64,000 nt of DNA from Takakia lepidozioides (Eukaryota; Plantae; Bryophyta): NCBI GenBank assembly GCA_030704615.1, contig CM060733.1:22320001-22384000 (forward strand), written 5' to 3'. Position 1 is the first letter of the stretch. Each line of letters starts with the position of its first letter. The notes below the pieces were generated by a model, which was not told where the DNA came from, ran no database searches, and saw only the letters and a list, made by a program, of their open reading frames with translations. Made by a program: the position numbers and the translations under genes. This document shows positions 14,061 to 25,189 of this stretch, in pieces.

Positions 14061-14651
14061 CTAATTAAGTGTCCTGCTTATGGAACTCATAAGCATGGCC
14101 TGCTGAGGGTCATCATGGTGAGGTTGCTGCTGTTCTCCCTGATCCTCAACAGTGTGATGCCTCACAAACCATTCAGGCCATTGCCTCACCAGATTTTCTT
14201 CCTGAACCACCTCATCCGTCACAGGTGCTGCAGTGTCTTGATATTCTACCCCTGGTACCTCCGTCACAGGTGTGGGTATTACATGCACAGTAGGGTTTCC
14301 CCTGGACAACCGCTGCACCTCTGGAATCACTGTTTCCCTTACCAAGCCAGAATTTTCATAGAGAAGGTCACCCTTCTCAATTTCGGCCACGACCTGCTCT
14401 GTAGTGGGAATGTCCAACCTTTCTCCTTCCAGAGCATTTGGGGGTGATGCCACAGCATATACTAACTGTGGAACCTCTAAAACAACAGAGTCAATTTGTT
14501 GTGGTGGTTGTGGTATTGAAGTGACTTCCTCTTCCCTCTCTGAAGGCCCTGCTTCCAATAATAGCAACTCTCTGTACTGCTGTGCCCTATCCTGCACAAG
14601 AGCTTGGGAAACATTATCGTGCGGTTTCCGTGAAGCCAGTGGATCCGCCAC
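14061..14651 (-). CDS. B1 accessory ORF, acidic low-complexity segment (probably continuous with its neighbours before mutation)
   Basis: 196-aa E/V/P/Q-rich ORF between the two other accessory ORFs. Confidence 0.55.
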   Translation of the reverse strand: MADPLASRKPHDNVSQALVQDRAQQYRELLLLEAGPSEREEEVTSIPQPPQQIDSVVLEVPQLVYAVASPPNALEGERLDIPTTEQVVAEIEKGDLLYENSGLVRETVIPEVQRLSRGNPTVHVIPTPVTEVPGVEYQDTAAPVTDEVVQEENLVRQWPEWFVRHHTVEDQGEQQQPHHDDPQQAMLMSSISRTLN

Positions 14652-14799
14652 TACAGTCTTACCCCGCCTCTGTCTCTTAGTTTGATGTTACCCTGCCAGT
14701 CCACCCTCACTGTGTGAAGAGCCTTGCTCTTCAATTGCAGTGGTTTCTGCCTCAAACACTCACATCTCCTTTCTTTCCCGAGTATCAAGTATGCAAGAA

Positions 14800-15768
14800 T
14801 CAAAGAATTATTTGAGCAATGATTGGTCCAAACACAATGATCGGAGACTTTGCAGCAGTGCTCTGTAACCTCTTCATCTCATCCACCAATCCATTGTATA
14901 TTAACTCCCCCCAAGCGACATCCTCTCCCCTCAAAGCTTTCAGGATCTCCTTTGTGAAGGACCTGCTCAAATACTGTTGGTTCTGTTTTATGGCAAACAG
15001 AACGTTCAGGATTTGGCCAACTTCCCTAAGCCCTGGGTACTCGGCTTTGGTACAAGCAAAACCTTGAGTTTTAAAGAAACTCCCTTCTTGGAACAGATTC
15101 CCTATCTGCAATCTTGCCCTGTGCTCATCCACATCCACATGTCCTGATGGCAAATCAAACAATTGCTGCAGGTACTGGGGAGTAATTTCTATATCTACTC
15201 CCCTCACCTGAGTAACTCCTGTCCGAGGCTCAAAGTTCTGAAGAAATTGTATCATGAACAGCCGATGATGCAAGGACCAGTCATTGCGTAGTAGTCCCTC
15301 CAATCGCAGCTCTTTCAGTAGTTGCACCGCCTGTGGTGCAGCAATTGTTTGCTTCTGTAAGATTTTGGTGCTCTTCACCTTGATATCCTCCATTCCTCTC
15401 ACTCTCTTCATTCTAGACAAACAGCAAGGTTTTGGTTGCAACAACTGAAGAAACGCCTGCAGGGCACAAAGCATAAAAGTATGGTTGGCGCAGAATGAAA
15501 TGGGTAAGTGCTTGTAAGCCTGTGGGGCTTGCAAGTATCGATTTAGAGAAAAGGTACTCTCCGTTCGTCCGTCCTTGTGCCACTGCGTAAATAGTAATGC
15601 AAGAGTGTAGTCTGTTATTTCCGCCATAGCTTCAAAGCTATAGCTTTGACTGTCTCTCCTGTCGAGACGCCCGTTACTTGGAACGACGCCGACTCTTGCG
15701 CTCAGAATCCCTGTAAATTCTCGATTTTGCTTCTTGGAAAATACCCTGTGCAGGTAATTCTGGCTCAT
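14800..15768 (-). CDS. B1 accessory ORF resembling the plant transposon protein / Athila env-like type of domain
   Basis: LIQFLQNF-like ...QVRGVDIEITPQYLQQLFDLP... and VAWGELIY motifs, typical of 3' extra ORFs of plant LTR elements. N-terminus conserved in 23732-23980. Confidence 0.6.
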   Translation of the reverse strand: MSQNYLHRVFSKKQNREFTGILSARVGVVPSNGRLDRRDSQSYSFEAMAEITDYTLALLFTQWHKDGRTESTFSLNRYLQAPQAYKHLPISFCANHTFMLCALQAFLQLLQPKPCCLSRMKRVRGMEDIKVKSTKILQKQTIAAPQAVQLLKELRLEGLLRNDWSLHHRLFMIQFLQNFEPRTGVTQVRGVDIEITPQYLQQLFDLPSGHVDVDEHRARLQIGNLFQEGSFFKTQGFACTKAEYPGLREVGQILNVLFAIKQNQQYLSRSFTKEILKALRGEDVAWGELIYNGLVDEMKRLQSTAAKSPIIVFGPIIAQIIL

Positions 15769-16144
15769 GATTGGCTGTTGGCTCTGTGATTGGTTTTGTA
15801 ATTTAATTCCCTTCCGTGGATTTTCCCCCTGGACTGTCCACTAGGATAGCACATGTGGCATTGGTTTCCCTTTTCTGAATTCAAAAAGGGTTCCGTTACT
15901 TTGGCACTGAATGCATTAATGGGCCCACAATTAGTTGTTGTACCGGGTAGGTACTTTGACGGCCAATTTTGTCTTCTTTCTTGATGACACCAGTTCTTGC
16001 AATTTCATGTCCGGCTATGTGTCCCGCCCTGGCGTCCACGTGTCCATTTCTAAGCCTGCCTCCGTCCACTTTTCCGCCGGCCACTCTCCGGATGTTAACC
16101 CACGTCCACATGTCACTGATTCTATGGACTGTGTACCCCCGGAA

Positions 16145-16290
16145 GGCTATGTTGTGCTGTGATTGGCTGTGTCATACTGTGGTACGCTGTGATAGGCTGT
16201 GTGGCACTGTGATAAGCTGTGATAGGTTGTGTCACACTGTGATGGGTTGTGTGACACTATGATGGGCTGTGATAGGCTCTGTCACACTCG
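16145..16290. repeat. 10-bp-period (G)CTGTG/CACAG tandem array after integrase; second copy at 24470-24620
   Basis: gataggctgt/gtcacactgt units, directly visible. Confidence 0.9.
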
Positions 16291-19260
16291 TACCGCCCGC
16301 CCTGGTCATATATGCTCGGCTTAGCGACAAGTGCTCCATACTCCGTTGGTATCACTGGCGCAGTCCGTGACTGCTTTTGCGTTTCAACATGCAAATCGTG
16401 CTGCAATGGTTTGTCATGGATACCACTGTACCCCTTCAACTTATTGGCATTGACTCTTCCCGGCATCTCTTTGTTAATGGTTTGTAACATGGCTGTGTTG
16501 TTATCATACATCTTCTGTATGACATAAGGTCCTTTCCATGGTGATTTAAGCTTAGAAGCTTTAATCTTCCCCTTCTTCTGCAACCAGAGAACCAAATCTC
16601 CCATCTTAAAAGTTTTTATTTTGCCTTCATCAAACTGTTCCTTCCTCCTCATCTGAATTCTGGTCATGTTATCAGTTGCATCAGCACGTACTTCTTCCAC
16701 ATGGTATAATTCATGTTTCCTGACCTTAATTGAATCTTGCAATTCCATTCTCTTTCCCCATTCCGTTCTCATGGTAGGTAACAAGAATTCCACTGGAAGT
16801 AAAGCTTCCACACCATAAACTAATTGGAATGGTGTATACTTAGTGGTGACTTTATATGAAGTCATGTATGACCACAAAGCTGTCAGCAGCTTTGTATCCC
16901 AATCCGTTCTGTTTGCATTGACTATCTTAGCCAAGATAGTACATAGTATTTTGTTGGTAGCCTCTGCCTGCCCATTACCTTGTGGATAATACGTTGTACT
17001 CTTCCTATGCACAATCATGAACTCTTTAGTCAATAGATCAATGGTCTCATTAATGAAGTGACTTCCCTGATCACTGATAAATTCCAAAGGACAGTCAAAT
17101 CGTGTAAGTATGTTCTCATACAAGAACCTTGCTGTGGACTTGGCTGTGTTGTCCCTCAAAGCTTTAGCTTCCACCTACTTCGTAGTATAATCAGTGGCTG
17201 TAATTATGTACTTGTTCTGTGTATTCTTGGCCGGTGGGTTAATTGGTCCAACAAAGTCTAGTCCCCATTTCTGAAATGGTTCAGTAGGCATCGTAGGATG
17301 CAAAGCCATCTTCCCAGATCTCTGCAAAGGTCCTAGCCTCTGACATTCATCACAACTCTGAAAATACTTGTGTACATCCTTGAACAAAGTAGGCCACCAG
17401 TAACCTGCAAGTAGTATCTTCCTACAGGTAGTCTCTTCTCCAAAATGTCCTCCAGCCACTCCTTTATGAACTTCCTCCAAAACTTTATTTACTTCATGGT
17501 GGTACAAGCATCGTTTAAGTACTCCATTAGGTCCTAGCTTATACATTCTGCCTCCTACCATAGTATAAGGTAAATCCTTGATAGCAATTCTCTTCCTCTG
17601 CTCCTTACCATAACTAGGTGGGCACTGACCATGAGTAAGGTAGTATCTGATTGGCCACTACCAATCTAACCATTCATCTGCACTTCCTTGCACCTCCATT
17701 GCAAATAAACTCGCATCAGGTAATGTGGTGGGCTTTCCTGTTGTTAGGCGTGACAAATGATCTGCCACAAGATGCAAACGGCCAGGTTTGTAAACAACTT
17801 CGAACTCAAACTCGTGCAAGATTATTAACCACCTCGCTATCCTTCCACTTATCAAAGGTTTGTTCACCAGATATATCAGAGCCTGGTGATCCACATAAAA
17901 CATAAACTTTCTTCCCAATAGGTAATGTCTGAACTTCTTGACTGCATAAATCATTGCCAGTGCTTCTCTTTCAGTTGTGCTATAGTTCCTTTCAGCACTG
18001 TTCATCAACCTGCTAGCATAGTACACAGGTGAATCTATATTTCCTGTAACATTTTGGGCTAACACCGCTCCCAACGCTTCTCCTGAGGCATCACAGTGAA
18101 CATGGAATACTACATGCCAGTGAGGGTTAATCAGTACAGGTGTAGTTGTTACTGACAATGTAAGTTCCTCAAAAGCCTGTTGACATTCAGGTGTCCATGC
18201 AAACACTGCATCTTTCTTCAGAAGCTTGCTCAATGGTGCTGCTATCTGTGCATACCTTTTGACAAATCTTCTGTAATAACTGGTTTGTCCAAGGAATCTC
18301 ATTAGACTTTTAACATTTACTGGTGGTGGAGAGGCTTTAATGGCCTCTGTCTTCTTGGGATCCACAAGAAGTCCCCTCTTACACACAATGTGTCCCAAAA
18401 GCACCCCTGAGTTCACACAGAAAGTACACTTTTCTGGATTCAGGCCCAGACCTCTCATCCTGCATCTGGCCAAACATAACTCCAATTTATGCAAGTGCTC
18501 ATTCTTAGAGCTGTACACACTGAAATCATCCAAGAACACCTGCATGAAATCATCCAGATACTCATGAAAAGATTCACTTATCACTCTCTGAAAGGTTGCT
18601 GGTGCATTACAAAGTCCAAAAGGCATGACTTTGTATGCATAAGCACCCCAGTTTGTGATGAAAGCTGTCTTTCCCTAGTCTTCTTCTGCCACTTGCACTT
18701 GATTATAACCACTGAAGCCATCCATGAATGAGTACATCTCATGGCCTGCCACAGTGTCCAATACCGCTTCTGTGAATGGCAAAGGGAAAGGATCTTTCCT
18801 CGTGTAAGCATTCAACTTCTTATAGTTCACACAAACTCTCAGTTTACCATTCTTTTTGGGAACTATCACAATGGGTGACAACCAAGTTGTATACTCTATT
18901 GGGTATATAAACTTAGCCTCAGCCAACTTCTTGATCTCTTCTCCAACCTTCTGTGCATAGTTGGGATTCATTCTGTACCTTGCCTGTTTGATTGGTACTG
19001 ACCCTGGTTCCAGTTCAATCTTATGCTGACAGATCTCAGGTGGTATCCCTTTTAGATCCTCGTAGCTCCAAGCAAATACATCTCTGTATTTGATGAACAA
19101 ACTCTTAGCTTCCTCAAAGAATTCTGGCTCCAAATCAGCCCCTACCTTCACCATCCTCGGTTCCTCTTCAGTTCCCACATTCACTTCTCTCACCTACTCA
19201 TCAGCTGTGATTGTCCAACCAGTCACCACTTCATCCTGTAAACTCACAGTGGCTGGTTCC
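16257..19260 (-). pseudogene. B1 pol (RT-RNase H-integrase) with in-frame stops
   Basis: DGFSGYNQV, MPFGL, FLDD, HCDAS, YVDHQAL, H2C2, GLDFVGP, ISDQGSHF, GNGQAE and GPY motifs. Confidence 0.95.
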
Positions 19261-19261
19261 T

Positions 19262-22225
19262 CTAGGATTTCCATTTCTCCTCTCTTTCTTCATAAAAATG
19301 TGGTGGGTAACTGCTTATTTCTCCTTCAATTGGTGTTACTGTCACTACACCACAGCGGATACCTTTTAAACAACTTAGGCCTTCCAGCTGCATCTCTGCA
19401 ACCTGCTCCCACTCTGGGTGTGCAGCGAACAGGGTAGCTTCCTGCTCCTCATCCAGTCCTCCCCTCCAGTCATACTCCCTGACCCCTCGAGGTCTTCTCG
19501 TAGCAGGTAATCTACTAGATTTCTTAGTGGTAATTTGTATCTTGTGCATCCCATTATGCACAGTTAGTATCTGGGAATTCCAGTCATGGAATACCCTGGC
19601 CTGTTTCAGCCACGGGCGTCCCAACAATAAGGAGTAAGCTTCCATGACTTCATCCATTTTTAACACAGTTACTGTGATCATAAAGATCATCTTTTGAATC
19701 TGTATCTTAACTCCTCTTATCAATCCCAATGGCTGTACACTTCTTTGATCTGCCATTGTTACTGTAAATGGGGCTGGTTTCCTGTTACTTAGACCAAGCT
19801 TCTGCCTTAATTGGTCTGTCATGATATTCACTCCAGAGCCTCCATCTATCAGTACATCAGTTAGTTCTGTGCTTCCAATTCTCAACTGGATTACTGGCAT
19901 AGAATCATCAAAGTCCAGGACTGTTTCTCGCCCTTCCGGCTTCACATTATAACTGGTCACCTTGCTGTTCAGGTCTGTGTTTCCTGTCATATGGGCAATT
20001 TGATTGATTGCTTGATACAGCCTATGTCTACAATAAGGTGCCACAGCCAATAGCTGTCCAATGGTAATCTCCGCTTTGGTCTGGCATATTACTTCAGCCA
20101 AAGTCCCTTCATTACTCTGCATGTCTGCAGCTTCTTTCTTCCTTTCATCCTCACTCATTTCTTCTTCTCCATCAGAATCAGAGGAATCTGCCATAGGAAT
20201 ATCAGTACTCTTCTGCATTTCCCTTATGGTATCTGCCACTTCTTTGTGCAGTTCTTTCTCATCTCTCCAAGCCTCATCATCTTCAGGCACATCACTGCCA
20301 TCTTCATTATCATCATCTTCCTCAACTACTGGAGGTATTAGTTTGGCTTTGCTTCTCGTTACTATCATTGTACTTACTTCTGGTACAACACATGGCCTAA
20401 CCATGTGAGCTGCCACCACTGGGCCCTCATTCACAGGAGCTCTCATCTCATTCCGGTGTCTAATCCAGAATGAATAGGCTGCCTTGCGATGTCCTGCCTG
20501 ATTACAATAGTAACACAGTTCTTCACCATTGGGTCCTCGCCCTTGGTCTGCTCTTGGATTACCTCTCCCTTCCATACCATTGTTATAACCACCAGGCCTA
20601 CCATAGTGGTCCTGATCACTGTTTCTTCTTGGCTGGGGCTGCACTTGATGCACCCTTACTTGCCTAGGTTCTCTAGTTGGTGTCCTTCTGTTGTAGTAAC
20701 AATTCTACCAAACACCCTTCCTCCAATGTGTTGCAGCCTCTGTGACATACTTCTTCAAGATTTCTTCTAATCTTTTCTCATAGTTATCCCTCTTCAACTT
20801 CTCCTTCCTCTTACTCTTCCTTTTCAGCTCTTGCTCTTCTTCCTCATCTGACTCATCCTCAGAGTCCTCATCATCCCTTTTCTCTCTCCTGAGCATTCCC
20901 AATTGCTCAATTCTGTTCGCTGTTTCAAATGCCTCATCCACTGTATTATGGAGTAACATATCCACTTTCTTTTGCAACTCTGGTCTTAGTCCACTCACAA
21001 ACCAAGTTTTCTGTAAACCTGGTGCTGGTACAGCAGCCAGCTTTTTCATCATCAATTCCATTTTTTCCATATACTCCTCAACAGTTTCATGCTTCTTCTG
21101 CTTTAACTGTTGTAAACTTCCATACACTTCATCCTCAGTTTTACTTGTCCTGAACCTATTTCGGAATGCTGTATTCAAGCCATTCCAGGTTAGGAAATGA
21201 TTATCAGGGAATCTTGCATACCATTCACTTGCTTTCTTGATAAGTGAACAAGGAAACAGTCTCATCTTGGCATCATCGCCATTCTCATTGTTCACTATAC
21301 ACATGTGCTCAAATTGGCTAATGTGTACATCGGGATCCCCTTTTCCTGAATATATTGGAAAAGGTGGTTTTGCCCGTGTTGGTTGTAACGCCATCTGTGG
21401 CCCTACCTTCTGCCCATTGACAGATGCGGGCACCCTTGCTGGTGCTGGTCCTTGAGGACCTGTTGTAGTTGTGGTGGATCTTCCACCCAGTGGTGGCCCC
21501 TGAGCACTCTCTGCTACTGGCCCCACGATATTCACAGTATTCCCAGCTCCAGTTGCACTACTTCCCACACTCCCTGTCCCCCCAGAGCCAGATCTGGTCT
21601 GCCCGCCTGATCCCCCTGAGCCGACACCTTCGTTGGCCTATGATCCAAGTGCTCCACTTGATCCAGGTCCAACGGGTTGGGATGTCCTGGTTGTAGTCTC
21701 AACCTCAGCTGTTGGGTCTACTTCTTCATACTCTTCCTCTTCTAATTTCTTCTCTCTGTTTTCATCCTCCAAGTTCTGCCCTTGGGCTTCTTCTTCACTC
21801 ATGTAACTCAACTGCAATGGTGTTGGAGAGTCTGAACTCTCCGTTGGCTCTGTCACATCCTCTCCTCCTTCTTCATTTTCCGTCTCAGAAACTGGAGTTC
21901 CTGCTCTTGGTGTTCCATGCCAACTCTTATCAAAGATTTATGTCAAATCTTTTATCCAGGGATGTACTTCAGATCTTTCACCTCGCGGTTGATCTTCTTC
22001 CCGTACCAATTCCCTTAATCTTTCTTGCAAAGAAAAAGAAGGAGTGACATCCAACTCTAGTTCTTCCGGTATGGGTGATGTATTCTCTGATCTTAATGGT
22101 GTGAGAGGTCCAGATGATTCCCCTATGTCTATTCCTCTCTCCCAAAGATATGGATAATTAGCTTTCAGATAACTTTTTCTTTTTGTTGAATATCTCTGGA
22201 GTCTAGCTTCTCTTTCATCACTCAT
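19262..22225 (-). pseudogene. B1 gag-protease, disrupted
   Basis: Retrotransposon gag motif (YSGKGDPDVHI...LFPCSL...ASEWY), CYYCNQAGH knuckle, protease LIDGGSG and LLGRPWL. Confidence 0.9.
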
Positions 22226-22246
22226 GTCCCATGTCTTTCATTTCTT

Positions 22247-22741
22247 TTAATGTGGCAATAACCAAAACTCTCTTCTGTAGTATCTCTCGTATATGCCTGG
22301 GTTTCTTTCAAGCTTCAATGCACCCTTGGCTATACTAGAAGTCTCCGTTACCATATAACCATATGGCAAACAAGTCCGGAAAGCTGTTCTTGGTGTGAGT
22401 TTGATCCACAGACGATCCTTTGGAATCCAATTCTTTACCAGTACAAGCTCTTCATGCATATGAGTATAAACATTCACCTTCCTTTCCTCCCAGCCTTCAA
22501 ACTCTACTCGCTTAATGGATAGCAATGCTATCACATAAACCAATGTTGGTAACCAACGTGCTCTTCCCCTACAGGCCACTTGATAAATCTTTATCACTCC
22601 TTTCTCCAGACCCCACTCAGGGTCAGCATCATGCACTCTTTTAAGAATGTTTTCTTTACAACCGTGTGGCAATTCCAAGAACCTCTGAAAGAATCGTTTG
22701 GACAATCTTTCTTTCTCCGTTTCACAGGGAATTTGATTCAC
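22247..22741 (-). CDS. B1 extra ORF upstream of gag, unknown function
   Basis: 164-aa ATG-initiated ORF just after the PBS. Conserved in frame in copy B4 (45797-46265). Confidence 0.65.
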   Translation of the reverse strand: MNQIPCETEKERLSKRFFQRFLELPHGCKENILKRVHDADPEWGLEKGVIKIYQVACRGRARWLPTLVYVIALLSIKRVEFEGWEERKVNVYTHMHEELVLVKNWIPKDRLWIKLTPRTAFRTCLPYGYMVTETSSIAKGALKLERNPGIYERYYRREFWLLPH

Positions 22742-22814
22742 ATCAAATTATTTAATTCTCCAACCACCATGATCCCACCAGATGCCTGTCACATCTGGTT
22801 GTTCATGACCCAGT

Positions 22815-22832
22815 TCCCCAGTATGGTCGCCA
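22815..22832 (-). other. Primer binding site of B1 (tRNA-Arg-like)
   Basis: TGGCGACCATACTGGGGA, 2 nt after the LTR-terminal CA. Confidence 0.75.
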
Positions 22833-22834
22833 AA

Positions 22835-23715
22835 TGTCGAGCGGCTTTTACTCACCCATCCCTTCGCTATCCGAGGTGGAAACTCCAAGATAGAAGAGTT
22901 GGATATTTCTAAGCACTCAGCCCGCTCAGTACAATCAGTCATGACCTACATCTAGTGAATCATGGTTGTGCTTCCCAATTGTATTCCTTCTTGCCTTCAT
23001 GTTATCAATTCACCTTATCTGATACTGAAGCATCAGATTGCTTCAGTATCTACTTAATTCCAATTATTCATGCATTCATTTCATAGCTTCACTCATGTCT
23101 CTCTACGCAGTGTGCTTGTATCGAATAAGTATCAGATTACGATTTATCAGGTACTAGGGCAATGTCAAAGTGACTCTAATCCGCCCTAGAGTATCACTAC
23201 AACTCTGCATGAAATAAAGCATCTACTGTTCATCTCTCCCCCTACTCCGTGCTCTCGTTCTTGCTTTCCCCTGATCTCCTCTCCTCCCTGACCAAGAAGC
23301 GCTCCCCGTGAAGTGTCCCCTCTTTCCGTTGCCGCTCCCCTTCTCTGCCCGCAAGCTATTCTAACCACCTAACTAATTAACCGTCATCCCTAAAGTAACA
23401 CGTTCCTTCTGCAGATGTCATTCCCTCACAGTCGTTCCCTGCCAATGATAATTGTTCCCTATGTACTGTGACAGGCTGTGTCAAGCTGCGCCGAGCTGTG
23501 ACTGGCTGTGTAAGGCTGTGTCGGGCTGTGTCGGCTGTGCGAAGCTGTGGCGGACTGTGTCAGGCTGTGTTGGGCTATGTCACCCCCCCCCCCCCCCCCC
23601 CCCTTAAGCCTGCTGCTGCCACCCCTAAGGCTCCTGTTGGTCTCAGTCTGCGCAAAAATTAAGGGTACCCCATAGAACCCGTAAAAGCGTCTAAGTCCCA
23701 AGCAACCCTCTAACA
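22835..23715 (-). repeat. 5' LTR of B1
   Basis: TGTTAGAGGG...GCCGCTCGACA. Contains a long G run (~23583-23603) and a CACAGCC array. Confidence 0.9.
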
Positions 23716-25115
23716 ATAGCTGTAGGAAAGCTTACAGGGCGTAGAGCATGAAAGTATGGTTGGCACAAAAAGGAACGGGTAAGTGAGTGTAACCCTGTGG
23801 GGCTTGCAGATAATGAGTGAGAGAAAATGTCATTTCAACCTGTCCGTCCTTACGCCACTGTGTAAGTAGTAAAGCTAGCGTATAGTCTGTGATATCCGCC
23901 ATAGCTACAAAGCTATAGCTTTGATTGTCCCTCCCGTCGAGACGCTGGTTATTCGGAGCAACCCCGACTCGTCCGCTCATAACTTTTCTAATTTCTTGTT
24001 CTTGTTTCTTGGAGGGAACCTCCTGCATGAAATTCACGTTTCTGATTGGTTGTTGCCTCCTCGGGTAACTTTTCAATTTTACCTTCATCTGCTCACATTC
24101 CCACTTGGAATGCCCACTAGGACAGCACATGTGGCAAAGGTCCCCCTTTGTTGTACGCGTAAAGGGTTCCGTTACCTGCTCCCTGGATGCATTAATGGGC
24201 CCACAATTAATTTCGGCTGTTGCACCGGGTAGGTACTTCGACGGCCCAATTTGTCTTTTTGTATGATGACATCCGCTATTGCAGTACATGCAATGTGGAG
24301 TGCTTTGCCCCTTAGGCCACGTGTTTGAATTCAAACACTCTCCCGTCTCCCTCTGTCCGCGAGGCTTTTTCTCCGAGTTTGACTCCCAAGCTGACCTCAC
24401 ACTTACCGGCCACTTTTCTGATGTTAACCCGCATCCACCTGTCACTGACCCTATGGACTGTGCAATCCGCGTAGGCTGTGTTGGGCTGTGACAGGCTGTG
24501 TCAAACTGTGGTGAGCTGTGATAGGCTGTGTCACACTGTGGTGGGCTGTAATAGGCTGTGTGATGTTGTGGTGGGCTGTGATAGACTGTGTCACACTGTG
24601 GTGACCTGTGATGACTGTGTGAACACCCGTGTTCTACGCTCAGGCCATACACATTCGGCTTTACGTCAAGTTCTTCATACTTCATTGGTGTTACCGATGT
24701 AATCTGTGACTGCTTCTATGTTTCAAAATGCAAATCATGCTGTAATGGTTTATCATGGATACCACTGTATCCTTTCAACTTATAGGCATGACTCTTCCAA
24801 GCATCTCTTTGTTAATGGTTTGTAACATGGTTGTGTTGTTATCATACATCTTCTGTATGACATAAGGTCATTTCCATGGTGACTTAAGCTTAGAAGCCTT
24901 AATCTTTCCCTTCTTCTGCAACCATAGTACCAAATCACCCATCTTAAAAGTTTTCAATTTATCTTCATCAAATTGATCCTTCATCTTCATCTGAATTCTG
25001 GTCATGTTATCTGCTGCATCAGCACGTACTTCTTTCACATGATATAATTCATGTTTCCTGACTTTAATTGAATCCTCCAATTCCATTCTCCTTCCTCATT
25101 CAGTTCTCATGGTAA
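23716..25115 (-). mobile_element. Family B copy B3, inverted part: integrase 3' end, repeat spacer and start of accessory ORF (interrupted by B1)
   Basis: 24700-25115 matches 16365-16780. 23716-24460 matches 15440-16135. Confidence 0.88.
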
Positions 25116-25189
25116 GTGCCCAACAAATTGAGTGTCCTACTTATGGAACTCATAAGCATGGCCTGCTGTGGGTCTTCATGGGGAACTTT

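Larger units (their letters stand above)
12454..23715 (-). mobile_element. Family B gypsy copy B1 (non-chromovirus, Athila/Tat-like organisation with 5' and 3' extra ORFs)
   Basis: 5' LTR, PBS, extra ORF, gag-PR-RT-RH-INT, repeat spacer and three accessory ORF segments. The 3' end is displaced by the B2 insertion. Confidence 0.92.

Noticed and set aside
14800-15768. True retroviral envelope gene
   Set aside because: No signal peptide, cleavage site or clear transmembrane anchor.
11439-23715. Giant terminal inverted repeats flanking one element (DIRS or foldback-like)
   Set aside because: These are LTRs of two family B copies in opposite orientation, each with its own PPT or PBS.
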